Below are positions 26,287 to 39,790 of a stretch of DNA of 64,000 nt, one piece after another. The notes beneath the pieces were generated by a model that saw nothing but the letters and a program-made list of their open reading frames with translations, was not told where the DNA came from and did not search any database. Location of the stretch: NCBI GenBank assembly GCA_951406725.2, contig OX597825.1, positions 14,322,001 to 14,386,000 of the forward strand, read 5' to 3'. Position 1 is the first letter of the stretch, and the number at the start of each line of letters is the position of its first letter. The translations under genes were made by a program, and so were the position numbers. This stretch comes from Octopus vulgaris (lineage: Eukaryota).

Positions 26287-26369
<83 letters not shown>

Positions 26370-26589
26370 GATAGATGGATAGATTGCAATAGATTACCTG
26401 CCCATGTTCAGCATAACGTAAGATAAAGGCCTTAGCATGTTCTCTCCATCGGTAAATGGCTTGAGATCATAGTGGTTTGATGATGGTAATCTGTCGCACT
26501 GGATCGACATGGCTTTGCAGTAGGATGCCTTTTTGCAGCTCCTACTCAGCAGTACTTAAGTCATTATATAGACTCCAGTTGTCGACTTG

Positions 26590-27020
26590 TAATTATTTTT
26601 TCAACGCCCAAGGATAAAAGGTTAAGTTCACCTTGGTTGGAATTTAAGCTCAGAACGTACAGACGAACAAAATAACATTAAGCATTTCGTCCGGCATGCT
26701 AACGGTTCTACCAGCTCGCCCTCCCAAACACACATGCATACGCACATACACAAACACACACACATCTTTAGGTTGCATTTGCATGTGCTTGTTTGTCTGT
26801 GTTCGCATAGGTTTATCCACACTAACTTACCTCCAATATTTGCTGACGTATAAGCGACGAGCCGGCCGAACCGGTAGCACGCTGCGCCGGGCAAAATGCG
26901 TAGTGGCATTTTACCTTCTGAGTTCAAATCACACCGTGGTCAGCTTTGCATTTCATCTTTTCGGGCTCGATAAAATAAGTACCAGTTAACCATTGAGGTC
27001 ATTATAATCGACTTACCCAC
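26590..27020. mobile_element. Two degenerate SINE family B copies in opposite orientation (about 26590-26720 minus, 26852-27020 plus)
   Basis: AAGCATTTCGTCCGGCATGCTAACG in the first; CTGAGTTCAAAT...TTTCATCTTTTCGGGCTCGATAAAATAAGTACCAG in the second. Confidence 0.6.
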
Positions 27021-28302
27021 TCCACCTACATCGCCAAAATTTTATAATCAATGTATCTGGCATATGTTTCCTCCTGTGTAATTTATACGATATTGGTTCC
27101 AGGCACGTGCTTATATAAATGATATTATATATTGCAACTTGATCCTCTTAAATGTGGTATCAACTACATATATCTGTGCCGGATTTTCATTGCTTCAGTA
27201 TCCATACATATAGGAAAAGAACTCCCATAGAAACAGTATAATTTTACAACCACCTCATTTGTCAAGCGAATGTTTTTGCACTGTCTTCATGCTACTATTA
27301 AGCAAAACAAAACCATCGTCCCGAAATGTAATATAGCGCGCCCTGAGACATCACTTAGCATCTATACGCCTAAAGCAATACCTTTATGTGCTTTCAAACA
27401 CATTATTACCGCCTGGTACACAGAAACATCCCACGCACAGCATCTCACAACAGAACATGTTATAGAAATTCTGCAGGAAAATGGGGAAAAACACATAAAA
27501 TCGAACAACACAATCGTGTTTAAATCCTTTTGTGAATACAAGAGTTTGTTCGTATGAATTTTGAAGCAGAACAGCACTTATGTTTCTTTGTTGATTTATC
27601 ATTACTCATATTAATTCTCTCTATGCTATGCTGCCATTAAGCCGCAGAAATAAAGTCGGAATACTGAGTGCAAGCGTAATTTCGCATTCATGCAGAACGT
27701 ACAAAGAAACCTGCAAAGGCACATAATTCGAAGAGAGATAGCTAGATAATTACATACATAGATTTGATGTCAAAAGCATGTTTAAGAAACGAGTAGCTTA
27801 ATCTATTCCACCAATATTTCCAACCTGGGTACATGGACTATGAGAATATGTTAGGAAAACGCCTTAAAATAAGACTACATTGACTAGATACATACGAATA
27901 AAGTACGGGTGTCCAATCTTTCGAAAAAAATATTTTTCTTCAAGGCGGTGCCCCAGGATAGATCTCGGTTTAACGAATGAAACAATTGGTACGTTAAACA
28001 TACGTGTGGAAGCGTGACCATCAACATACGGGTCGGGAACGTATTCATTGCAAAATAAAAAGAAACACACATGTATAACCCATTGTCTCTAAATGTGAAT
28101 ATGTATATTTACATGTGCGTGTGTATATATATATTTTCAATAATTTTCTCGCTAGAATTTTCTCGCAATAATTTTCTCTTTTGTCATCTGAAATTTTATT
28201 TTTGGATCGTCTATATATATGAAGAATTTTCCTCCGTCTGGCTGTTTTTCTCTCTGCAAAACGGTAAGTTGCATTATGGAACAGTCATTTTAACGAGATA
28301 TT

Positions 28303-28418
28303 TTATTTATCACACGACGAGATACGTCTGCACCACCGGATACTCCTGAACCAGTTTTTGTGTGTGCGACAAGAGGAGTCGATGCTAGATGTGTCGAAAC
28401 AATTGTCGTGATAAATAA
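28303..28418 (+). ncRNA. Type I hammerhead ribozyme-like motif with perfect 11-bp stem I
   Basis: TTATTTATCAC-ACGACGA-GATACGTCT...AGATGTGTC-GAAA-CAATTG-TC-GTGATAAATAA; 9-bp base of stem II (with G-U pairs), palindromic stem III, GUC triplet; core 5' positions deviate from CUGA. Confidence 0.7.
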
Positions 28419-28481
28419 TATATTCTCGTATATTCCACCTTCTGTCTTTTATTTGTCATATATATATATATATATTTATAT

Positions 28482-28518
<37 letters not shown>

Positions 28519-28906
28519 GACGAACAATCACACACATATATACACAAGTATATAGTCGTGCATGAGTACGTACACATGTACATGCGCAATCGTGTATACA
28601 ATATGCATTGTATGTCTGTTAATTTGTCTTTTTCAAGAAGACATCGTAACAACCCTCCTGTCATACATGCGTGTGTACGTGCACACACAAATATATGTAT
28701 ATATATTTGATATATGTGTGTATATATGAATGTGTGTATATGTATATATATGTATATATCATATATATATATATATATATGTGTGTATATATGTGTGTAT
28801 ATGAATATATATATGTATATATATATGTATATATGTATATATGTATATATATACATACACCTATGTATGTACATATATATATATGTATGTATGCATAAAT
28901 ATATTT

Positions 28907-28953
<47 letters not shown>

Positions 28954-28957
28954 TATT

Positions 28958-28994
<37 letters not shown>

Positions 28995-29639
28995 CAGACA
29001 GAGAGGTGGGGAGAGGGAGAGGGAGAATGTGAGTGATTTATAAATACGTTCACACTTATGCTTACGTCTTTTCGATGAACGTAAAGAAGACTTTTAGGTA
29101 TACATAAGATAAAGTTCCATTCCGTTCTTTATTTTTATCTTATATTTATTTCATTTTATTATTATTATTATTATTATTTTGTTTTGTTTTGTTTTATTTG
29201 GCTTTTTGTTTTATTTTTGCTGAAACGTAACAGCATTTTTAAGAGTTCTTTTATCAATATGCCCTCCTGAAATATCGAATTATTTTGCGACATTTTGAAA
29301 TTCATATTTGTCTGGGCATATATATATCCATTGATCTACAATGTGTATTTATATACAACTTTCCACACATGCAAATATATACATACTCACTTGCGCACTC
29401 AAACAAACACATGCATACACACACACACCGGTGCACACGCACACACACTCACTGATAAAGTCTGTCTTTGCGCAATGCTTCGGTAGGTCTGTCGTATTTT
29501 CTGTATCTCTAAATGTACGTGACCATCTATTTTATGCATAAGTATGTGATTGTACACAGCTATGTGTGTGTGTGAGTGAAAATGTATATATCTATGTGTA
29601 TGAATATATCTGATACAGTATACTATAATACTACTACCA

Positions 29640-29640
<1 letters not shown>

Positions 29641-29676
<36 letters not shown>

Positions 29677-29700
29677 TAATAATAATAATAATAATAATAA

Positions 29701-29771
<71 letters not shown>

Positions 29772-29800
29772 TAATAATAATGATAATAATAATAATAATT
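29641..29800. repeat. (AAT)n microsatellite
   Basis: Directly visible. Confidence 0.95.
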
Positions 29801-29927
29801 ACTATCATGGTTTCGGGTTCAATCCAATTGTTGTGATCAATAATATATTCTCGTATATTCCACCTTCTGTCTTTTATTTGTTATATATATATATATATAT
29901 ATAATAATGATAATAATAATAATTACT

Positions 29928-30170
29928 ATCATGGTTTCGGGTTCAGTCCAACTGCGTGGCACCTTGGGCAAGTGTCTTCTACTATAGCCTCGGGCTGACC
30001 AAAGCTTTGTGAGTGGATTTGGTAGATGGAAACTGAAAGAAGCCCATCGTATATATGTATATGTGTATATATATATGTGTGTGTGTGTGTGTATGTTTGA
30101 GTGTTTGTGTTTGCCCCCCCCCCCAACATCACCTGACAACCGATGCTGGTGTGTTTATGTCCCCGTAACT
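29928..30170 (+). mobile_element. 5'-truncated SINE family A
   Basis: CATGGTTTCGGGTTCAGTCCAACTGCGTGGCACCTTGGGCAAGTGTCTTCTACTATAGCC core, then GACAACCGATGCTGGTGTGTTTATGTCCCCGTAACTT. Confidence 0.85.
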
Positions 30171-30479
30171 TCACACTCGTATACCAATAACTTCTTATAG
30201 AACACCGGAGTGGAACTTCGACCGAATTGCTTGCCTGACAGAGGACTGTCAGCGCCTGAACACCTTAGGTGACAGGCATCTTTCCTCGCTCTAAGTGTGA
30301 TTCAGGACTGCTGCTGAGACAAGTAGACGAGCTGTGGAAAATCCTGTCTGGGGAAACGGCGACCACACCTGCTCATGGTCTTGCAAGCACTGGAGATGTC
30401 GTAGCCTCGGTGCTTGTCTGTGGTTACCTGCCGCTGCTGGTGCTGTTGATGCTGTTGTTGTGGTGGTGGTGTCGGTACA

Positions 30480-31000
30480 GTGGGGTCTGGCTGCTGTGGT
30501 CGAAAAGTCCTTCAGATGATTTCTGACACAAGTGAGGACTCGGGTTTCTGTGCTCAACGCCCATATGAAGGTTAGTGCTATCTAGCAAACTTATAATATC
30601 AGGGTTTGTCTCTCTTTATATATTCTTCATCCATCTTCACCCACACCTCGATGCCTAGATACAGTAGTTTTATTTTTTAAGTTCTTGCATCTGTAGGATA
30701 TTTCTTCATCCTCTATGTCCTGCAGGACAGCTGCTTCTAAACAGCAGATGTCTATTTTTTGGCGGCATGTTTTCAATTTTAATTTTCTCTATTCGACAAC
30801 CCAGGTGTATATTTAACAGAACTAGTTCTTTATTTTAAAGTCGAACTGGAATGTTTCCTTGCCTCCTACACCATGGCAAGTCTCACCCCTACAATGTCGT
30901 ATCACTTCCCACATGCAACATATGTTTTTGTGCCCCACCCTGTTTCATCCGTTTTAGTTTACGACTTTTATTCCATTTTGCATAACATTCATTTTATTCG
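30480..31000 (-). pseudogene. Decayed LINE ORF1-like fragment
   Basis: Frameshifted minus-strand pieces: YVACGK*YDIVGVRLAMV*EARKHSS / KELVLLNIHLGCRIEKIKIENMPP / IDICCLEAAVLQD / PDIISLLDSTNLHMGVEHRNPSPHLC, resembling an RRM-like plus zinc-knuckle ORF1 layout; recognised by eye only. Confidence 0.4.
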
Positions 31001-31814
31001 TTTTGCATATTATTGTCTTTCTGAGAGTGTCCCCTTCATGGTTGCAAATAGTAATCCTCCTATATGTGTGCGTGTGGGAGCTCGTCTATTTGTCCCCCTC
31101 CTTTTTTAATATGCTTCTTGACATTTTGAAATCATCCAGTGTGTTTCACATTATCTTTCGCTTGATGCCGCGGTGAAATCGTTAGCGCTTGACTTGTGTT
31201 TTCTGTCGTTTTCAGCGACTGTGTTGGCGTTAGTGGTGTTAGTGGTTGATGCGTTAATTAAATTTGCACGTGCTGTGTGTGAACAATGTGTTTTTTCTTC
31301 TTTTGATTGTTCTTCTCGTTCGTTATTGTTGCTTTGGTCGACGTTTCAGATGGCTTTTATGATGGCAGTGATGGTACAAGAGCTCTTGTTTACGCATGTT
31401 TTTTTCTCTCTTTTAGCTTTTGACAATGTTCGTGGTGTTGATGTTGTTGTTGTTGTTGCTGTTTCTATCTTTGCTGCTGCTCTATCTTTCCCTATTTGAT
31501 AGATAAGCCGCGGGGAATTGACACAGCGAAAGAAAATTTCGTTTTGAAAATCACCTGCCACTTTCTTTTCTTCTTGGTCTGACTTAGGCTCAGAACCTTA
31601 CGGTGTGCTTAAAACATGACAGACTAAACCCAAAAAATGGAAACAAAAATAGACTAGTAACAATTAAAACAATTCAAGAGCCTGCGCAGGAATCACGATA
31701 CGTTCGGTCTTGGCGATAAACAGTAATAATAATAATAACAATAATAACAATAATAATAATAACAATAATAATAATAATAATAATGATAATAATAATAATA
31801 CTAATAATGATAAT

Positions 31815-32025
31815 AAGCCTTTCTACTATAGGCGCAAGAACTAGAATTTCGGGGAAGAGGCCTAGTCGATTACATCCACTCCAGTACTTGACTGGTACTT
31901 ATTTTATTGACCCCGAAGGTATGAAAGGCAAAAATCAACCCCGACGAAATTCGAAATTAGAATGTAAAGACAGACGAAATACCGATAAGCATTTCGCTCG
32001 GTGTCCTAATGATTCTGTCAGCTCA
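31815..32025 (-). mobile_element. SINE family B variant between (AAT)n tracts
   Basis: CTGGTACTTATTTTATTGACCCCGAAGGTATGAAAGGC...AAGCATTTCGCTCGGTG. Confidence 0.75.
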
Positions 32026-32028
32026 TTC

Positions 32029-32095
<67 letters not shown>

Positions 32096-32172
32096 ATAAT
32101 AATATGCGAAGCGAAGAACCTGTAAAAAAAGCACGAAGATGTTTATAGTATATTCCATGTAGTATATATATA

Positions 32173-32216
<44 letters not shown>

Positions 32217-32221
<5 letters not shown>

Positions 32222-32419
32222 TAATCCAAACAAAAAACACCAAAAAACACAACAACGCGAGGACGTGGAACAAATATAGTATCATTGGACGCTCAGGAAA
32301 GAAGGAAAGAAGGAGGGTTTGACGTTTCGAGCGGAGCTCTTCGTCGGAAACATAGGAGAAGGAAAGATCCAGAGAAGGGAAGACAGAGGAAACAAAAATC
32401 GCCAACGGTAAACACGCGG

Positions 32420-32422
<3 letters not shown>
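32217..32422 (-). mobile_element. Small Penelope-like terminal-repeat element inside (TA)n with minimal hammerhead (family H2)
   Basis: Minus strand 32317-32351: GTTT-CCGACGA-A-GAGC-TCC-GCTC-GAAA-CGTC-AAAC; stem I GTTT/AAAC, GUC triplet; (TA)n on both sides. Confidence 0.7.
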
Positions 32423-32483
<61 letters not shown>

Positions 32484-32907
32484 ACTTTTTTTAAAATTTG
32501 CAGCGCTTACTCTTGGGGTATGGTAATAGCTTTCTGGCAACTAGGAACACCAAATCGGGACAGGTAATTTTCAAGTGGTATTAATTGCTATAGGGAAAAT
32601 ATCCCTGATTGTTTAGAAATGAGAAGCTTTGTATGAACAGGAATGGTTTAGTAAACGGCATCGGTACAGCAGATGCATTCCATTGACTCCATTCAAACGA
32701 TATAACGCATAAAGCTTTATATTGATAATGTAATAAGGTATGTCTGATATCCTTCAGGTGATACTTAGTAACACAATTCTAACGTTTAGAACAAAATCAA
32801 TGATATGTGTAAGATTATAAGATGTATAATATTCTCCCTACACATTCACATAATAAAAATTCCCGCACAAAATATACATACGCTTGAGCACATGTATGTG
32901 TATTCTT

Positions 32908-33139
32908 ATTTCTCTACTGCCCACAAGGGGCTACACACAGAGTGGACAAACAAGGACAGACAAACGGATTAAGTCGCTTACATCGACCCCAGTGTGCAAC
33001 TGGTAGTTAATTTATCGACCCTGAAAGGATGAAAGGCAAAGTCAACCTCGGTGGAATTTGAACTCAGTACGTAGCGGCAGACGAAATACCGCTAAGCATT
33101 TCGCCCGGTGCGCTAACGATTCTGCCAGTTCGCCGCCTT
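32908..33139 (-). mobile_element. Full-length SINE family B with 15-bp target-site duplication
   Basis: TGTATGTGTATTCTT at 32893-32907 and 33140-33154 flanks a complete head-to-tail copy. Confidence 0.92.
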
Positions 33140-35028
33140 TGTATGTGTATTCTTGTATACACTTCCAGCGTGTGCATCTATTCGCCTAAATAATTTCAGA
33201 CGGAAAATCTTTGTCTTATATATCTTTACTGTGACATAAATAGATTGGATTTGGAGAATTGGCACTAGTTTCTTTTCGTCTTCCCTTCTAGAATTTTGTC
33301 TACATTTCTGGGATCATAGCCTAATTTACTTATGGTGATAGGTACAAGCGAGAATCTATACTTAGGGTACGAGAGCAGCATCCTTGAATGAATACTACTG
33401 TTTTCAGCATATAATATTACATCCATCACAGATGCCAATCATAAAGAAATAGTACAATTATTTGGAGTTTTTCATAGATGACAGTGCTATATTCAAATAG
33501 ATTAATGAATCCTAAGTTATCTAAACGTCTGATCGGAAAATTTTAATCAGTGCCGCCAACTCGAGTAGTACCTTCTGCTCTACTGGAAGGTATTACAACT
33601 TTCTCAATAAATGTGCCGATAATTAACTATTTGCTAGAAAAATAAATCGAACATTACTAGTACTTCCTTCTTTAGACATAACTCAATAATTAATTGAGTA
33701 GATTGACATTTCTGATTTGAAGAAAACTAGGCTGATATTTCTAACTGATTGGCTGAACAGGATGAGACTGCCTCATGAACTTCCGCTTTCTGCTCTTGTT
33801 TTTGGTGAACATGCAGTTTCATTGTGTCGCCAGGGACCACACATTTTCTAGCAGCAGACATATTTATTCACAGCGGATCTAGTCATGACCGTTTCGTCTT
33901 TTTTGCATATATAGAAATATATAAGAAACTACATATATGCCCTTCATTTCAGGGAGTTTGATTATACTTCGGAGAAATGTGATTCATTTTCTAGCGCAAC
34001 GACTGACCACTTTCAGCATTGTAGGCTTCTGTTTTCTGCTATAATTGTTGGTGCTGCATCTGCTCTCACTATTTTTGTGATTTGTCTCAGATTAGTTCTG
34101 GTTAAGGCGCACTCAAGATGAAACAATTTCAACCAATACCTAAGACTACTTTGTATATCTTATTTCTTTATAGAGAATATAAGATATATATTTCAGGTAT
34201 TTTAGTTGTTATTTCTATCATCTCGGTCGCCTTTTTTTTTGTATGATGCGCAAAAACCAAACCTTGTTCTGGATTATTTATACTTATTTTAACATTTTGT
34301 TTTCTATTATCATAAAAAAAAACACTCCCAGAACTGTGACACATACACACACGCGCACGTAATACATATCGTTACATTATTGTTTAAAGTAATCTCAAGA
34401 ACTGTAGGCATTATAGAAAGAGGAAACTATGTTACGTTAAGTACATGTAAGAACAAAGCAATCTTAAAACCATACTCACTTTCTGTTGTTTTCTGTCTTT
34501 TGGGAACTTTCAGCAGAAAAGAACAACCATTTAGACTAACGTTTAATCAAGTTTTGATGTCTTTTTAAATAAAACCAGCTGTCACGATGATATTTATCAA
34601 TATACATTCAATTTAACTTTAGTTGAAAAATCCCACTTGACAGGTAAAAGTTATTTCTAGTTTCACTTTCACAATTCTAACTTCACTCTGTATGACATTC
34701 TTGAAGCCCTGCAAAAAAATTTAGTCTTTCGAATGCAATAAAAAGTTACTTTGTTATATAATTCTTCCTGCTAACTCAATTTCATCATTTTTTATTCTTT
34801 CAACAAAAAACATGCTATAAACAAGAAACTTGGGAAACAAAACATTGTTTAAAGTCTTCTTTCAAAATGTGATTATTTGTAATCAAATATTCGAATAAAA
34901 TAAAATAGAATAAATACAATATCTACATAAAGAAATACATTACATAACACAGTTTTCTTCAAATCTTTTATAAGAGACCAGATACTCTTTTATATATGTA
35001 TAGTGGCGTGTAGGTGTAAATGCATCTG

Positions 35029-35067
<39 letters not shown>

Positions 35068-35414
35068 TTCTATTTTGCATTTTTATCAGTATTTTTTATA
35101 TATTTCCTTATATTTTTTCTAGTTTTATAGGAAGATACAGACGTCTTAAATACGTCATTAACATTGCAATGATTGGAAGTGTCAGTTTCAGGAAAAGGTA
35201 ACTCTCGATGATTAAGGGGCACGAAATTGTCGATCGACAATTAATTAATTATGCCTATTTTTTAAATTCACATTCTCTTCTTACTTTCCTTGCAATCAGT
35301 AATAACTGGGTGTTCTGACTATTTGAAACATGAAACTGAACTGCAAGAACTTTACATTTCTCTGAAATTTCAGTTTGTCACTTCTCAGTGAAGCATATTA
35401 AGCTGTGCCTGATG

Positions 35415-35485
<71 letters not shown>

Positions 35486-37181
35486 ACACACATATGTATA
35501 TATATACATATATATATGTGTATATATATATATATATATATGTTTATATATATATATACATATATATATATACATACACATACACACGCACACACACACA
35601 CACACACATATACATATACATACAGATATATATATATATATATATACATTACAAACAACTGGCACATGCAAGTGCTACCAGTCGAGAACTCCACATACCA
35701 GAAACCAGCAAGTGTATGAAGATGCCGCCGTTTCGGATCCTATCTCTCTACGGCACCAATGCGCACCGGCCCCTCACTGATATGGGACCCTGCTTGCTAG
35801 ATCAACTGGTTATTAAATAAAGCTCAATATTTTTCTAGCTATCACTCATCGTCTTATTTAACTAAATCCAGTGGCTACCCTTTTCCACTGTAGTTTGGAT
35901 ATAGGTCACGGTGAAGATATTTACTTCACGACGAGTTATCCTAAAAATAACAACAGCCGCTTAATATTTCTAATGAATATTAATTAGCACATTCAATCAA
36001 ACGTGGATATATTGTAGTCATCTTTCGTGTAGATAGAAAATACTTTTGTAGTGTACTCCAGTAGATGTCTTGAAACGTATACTGCAGTCTAAAGCATTGT
36101 AATCAACATAACCAAGCTGCGTTGTAAGGGCTTATTAATATATACGTGTGTATGTGTGTGTGCGTGTGTGTATGTGTGTGTGTGTGTATGTTTCAATCCT
36201 TGCACACTGATAACGACTCATTTTCTCGAGTTGGGGCCATAAGCCACACCGACTAATTTGCTATATAAATGCGATATCGTTCTTAAATAAAAACATTTTT
36301 CTAACGTGCATTGTTTCAATGGATATTATCGTATTGTGCAGATAACTATTCTTAACCGTATTTTCTTCTTACATTTGCTGCACCATATCAGGTATTTGCT
36401 TTCACTATTTTAGGAAACCTTCCTAATTACAAAGCAAAACTCATGTTGCAGGGAAAGCGACTTCTTCAAAATATGGAGCAGACGAACGTAGTAATGAATA
36501 CCAGTGATAGGGGGGAAACTAATAATAATAAAACGAACAAAGAAACGAGAGATAGTCAAACGAAGAAATATGTTGCTTTTGTAGATCTGGGAAGAATTGT
36601 TGCTTCCAGAAATCTGCAACTTTGCAAATTGCACTCAGTACTTGGTAACCTGGCTTTCATTCCGAATTCTTTTTTCAACACTGAATCATTCTTCTGCTTT
36701 GAATGCAGTCAACCAGTTATTTACTATCGGCATCATGAAACAACATTCATATAACAGGAGAGAGGCGGCTCTAATCATATTATTATTCGTCAGCAGATGA
36801 TGCTCACTTTGGTTCAGTCTACCGTTATTTATCAGTTTATCGAATCGCTTCGCTTTGTTTACACAACAAATGATTTTGTTCTAGTATTTTAATTGCATAT
36901 TTTTACATTCTCTAATGAGGGAGATGTTGATTCAGTCCCACAGCAATGTTTTCGTTATTTAATACATCACGGGATTCAGTTCTACTATTACGGTTTTAAT
37001 TATTTATTTACAGTTATGCTAGGTTGTAATTCTGAGGTGGTCTTTTGAGTTTGTGTTTGCGGGATTCTAGCTTCCATTATCTAGTACAGTGAATTGCATG
37101 GGCCTGTATCGCTGTGTGTGTCTCTGCTGACTGATGTAATTAATTTAAAAGATGCTAATGTTGTAATATTGCCAGTGTGTA

Positions 37182-37297
<116 letters not shown>

Positions 37298-37419
37298 CAT
37301 ATATATGTTTATATATATAATATATATATAATATGTATATATATATATAATATTAGGGAGTAAATCCAAACTTACAGGGAGAAATTAGATTTAGGATTAA
37401 ATCTAATTTTACAGTATAA

Positions 37420-37502
37420 ATATAAATTAAATTCGAGATAAAACCACTATTAGGCAAATCAAACAGTTTGATTTGCTTAATAGTGTTTTTATCTCGAATT
37501 TA

Positions 37503-37510
<8 letters not shown>
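37420..37510. repeat. 45-bp-arm near-perfect palindrome
   Basis: ATATAAATTAAATTCGAGATAAAACCACTATTAGGCAAATCAAAC-A-GTTTGATTTGCTTAATAGTGTTTTTATCTCGAATTTAATTTATAT, two mismatches. Confidence 0.9.
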
Positions 37511-37599
<89 letters not shown>

Positions 37600-38181
37600 C
37601 TTGAACATATAAGATAAGCCGGAAGAAAAACCGCTAAGCATTTTGTCCGGCATTTTAGCGATTCTGCCAGGTCTCTGCCTTCAGCGAATTTCCGTGTCAT
37701 TCAAATATCAGGAGATACGACGCCAGGAAAATGCTTAACAGCTTGTCTTCCCACTTTCCATTCTGAGTTCAAATGACACCGAGGTCGACTTTGACCTGAA
37801 TACTTCCGGGTCCGAGGTTGTCGAAAGCTTGTCCCACAGAGAAGGTTTCGGCTTACTTTGTGGTACCTCTCCGTGCGTGTATGTTTGTGTTACTCCTTAA
37901 CCCAGCTCTATATTCTGGTGTCATTGAACAATTTTTCGATAAAATTTATACAACAACTTGCCACTTAACACCAAACGAAAATTCAGTCGAAAAATAACAA
38001 TTTACTTGTACAAAAGGTGTCTTTACTATAACACATTATTTAAAACATAATTATAAATTTCAGACTTCTATAACGCAATATCTAATAAGGACAGGCAGCT
38101 ATCCTAGCCAAACAGGATATAGCAGATAACAGACAGTATACATTTCTACGTACGTGTATATATATATATATATATTTGTAT

Positions 38182-38212
<31 letters not shown>

Positions 38213-38519
38213 AAATTTTAGAATGATTTAAAAGATACACCGGCGACATATACATTATAATAAATAAATAAGCTGGACACCAGGAAACAAGTGATGGTCT
38301 GCATCAGCTAATATATACTATTGTAAATTTTTAATGGATACTGAAAATAGTTGCGTTTGAATCTCAGGGAGAAGCTGACGTCAATACATACACACGTGCG
38401 CGCACACATACACACACGCGCGCACACACACATATATACCTGAGTATATATTCTTACATGTTACTACTACTACTACTACTACTATAATAATTCTTTATCC
38501 TCTATTTTCTTTTATTCAT

Positions 38520-38931
38520 CTTTTATTCTTTTACTTGTTTCAGTCATTTGACTGCGGCCATGCTGGAGCACCGCCTTTTTTTTAATCGAGCAACTCGACC
38601 CCGGGACTTGTTCTTTTGCAAGCCCAGTACTTATTCTATCGGTCTCTTTTGCCGAACCGCTAAGTAACGGGGACATAAACACACCAGCATCGGTTGTCAA
38701 GCAATGCTAGGAAGACAAACACAGACACAAACACACACACACGCATAAATATATATATACATATATACGACGGGCTTCTTTCAGTTTCCGTCTACCAAAT
38801 CCACTCACACGGCTTTGGTCGGCCCGAGGATATAGTAGAAGACACTCGCCCAAGGTGGCACGCAGTGGGACTGAACCCGGAACCATGTGGTTGGTAAACA
38901 AGCTACCTACCACACATACAATCCTACGCCT
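38520..38931 (-). mobile_element. Full-length SINE family A
   Basis: Head, core, internal TG-rich tract and GGTGCTCCAGCATGGCCGCAGTCAAATGACTGAAACAAGTAAAAGA tail all present on the minus strand. Confidence 0.9.
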
Positions 38932-38937
38932 AAATAA

Positions 38938-39233
<296 letters not shown>

Positions 39234-39282
39234 TTATTATTAATATTATTATTATTATTATTGTTGTTGTTGTTATTATTAC

Positions 39283-39354
<72 letters not shown>

Positions 39355-39358
39355 TATT

Positions 39359-39410
39359 ATCTTTGGACAATGCATTGTTTCGACGTCGAAACAATGCATT
39401 GTCCAAAGAT
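39359..39410. repeat. Perfect 52-bp palindrome
   Basis: ATCTTTGGACAATGCATTGTTTCGAC|GTCGAAACAATGCATTGTCCAAAGAT. Confidence 0.92.
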
Positions 39411-39575
39411 GATTAGGGTAAATGTTTTTAATTTTCCTATGATTTCTGAATTACTACTATTTAGCGGTTTGAGTCTAGCTGCTCGTTCTAGTGAGTCGAA
39501 TGGCCTATTAAGGCCATTCCTTAATTGTTGAATTTATATATATACATATATACGTATATACATATATACATATAT

Positions 39576-39735
39576 ACGACAGGCTTCTTTCAGTTTCCGT
39601 CTACCAAATCCACTGACAAGGCATTGGTCGGCCGGGGCTATAGCAGAAGACACTTGCCCAAGATGCCACGCAGTGGGGCTCAACCCGGAACCAGGTCGTT
39701 GCTTAGCAAGCTACTTACCACACAGCACTCCTGCG

Positions 39736-39740
<5 letters not shown>
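39576..39740 (-). mobile_element. SINE family A head and core
   Basis: CTTCTTTCAGTTTCCGTCTACCAAATCCAC...CACACAGCACTCCTGCGCCTAT. Confidence 0.85.

Positions 39741-39790
<50 letters not shown>

Noticed and set aside
26462-26483. TGAGATCATAGTG resembling bantam
   Set aside because: The 3' half diverges and there is no complementary arm.
33874-33886. Minus-strand TGACTAGATCC resembling the miR-279 5' end
   Set aside because: The match ends after 11 nt and I see no precursor hairpin.
36443-36754. 103 aa ORF in unique sequence
   Set aside because: No recognisable domain or convincing splice context; length is compatible with chance.
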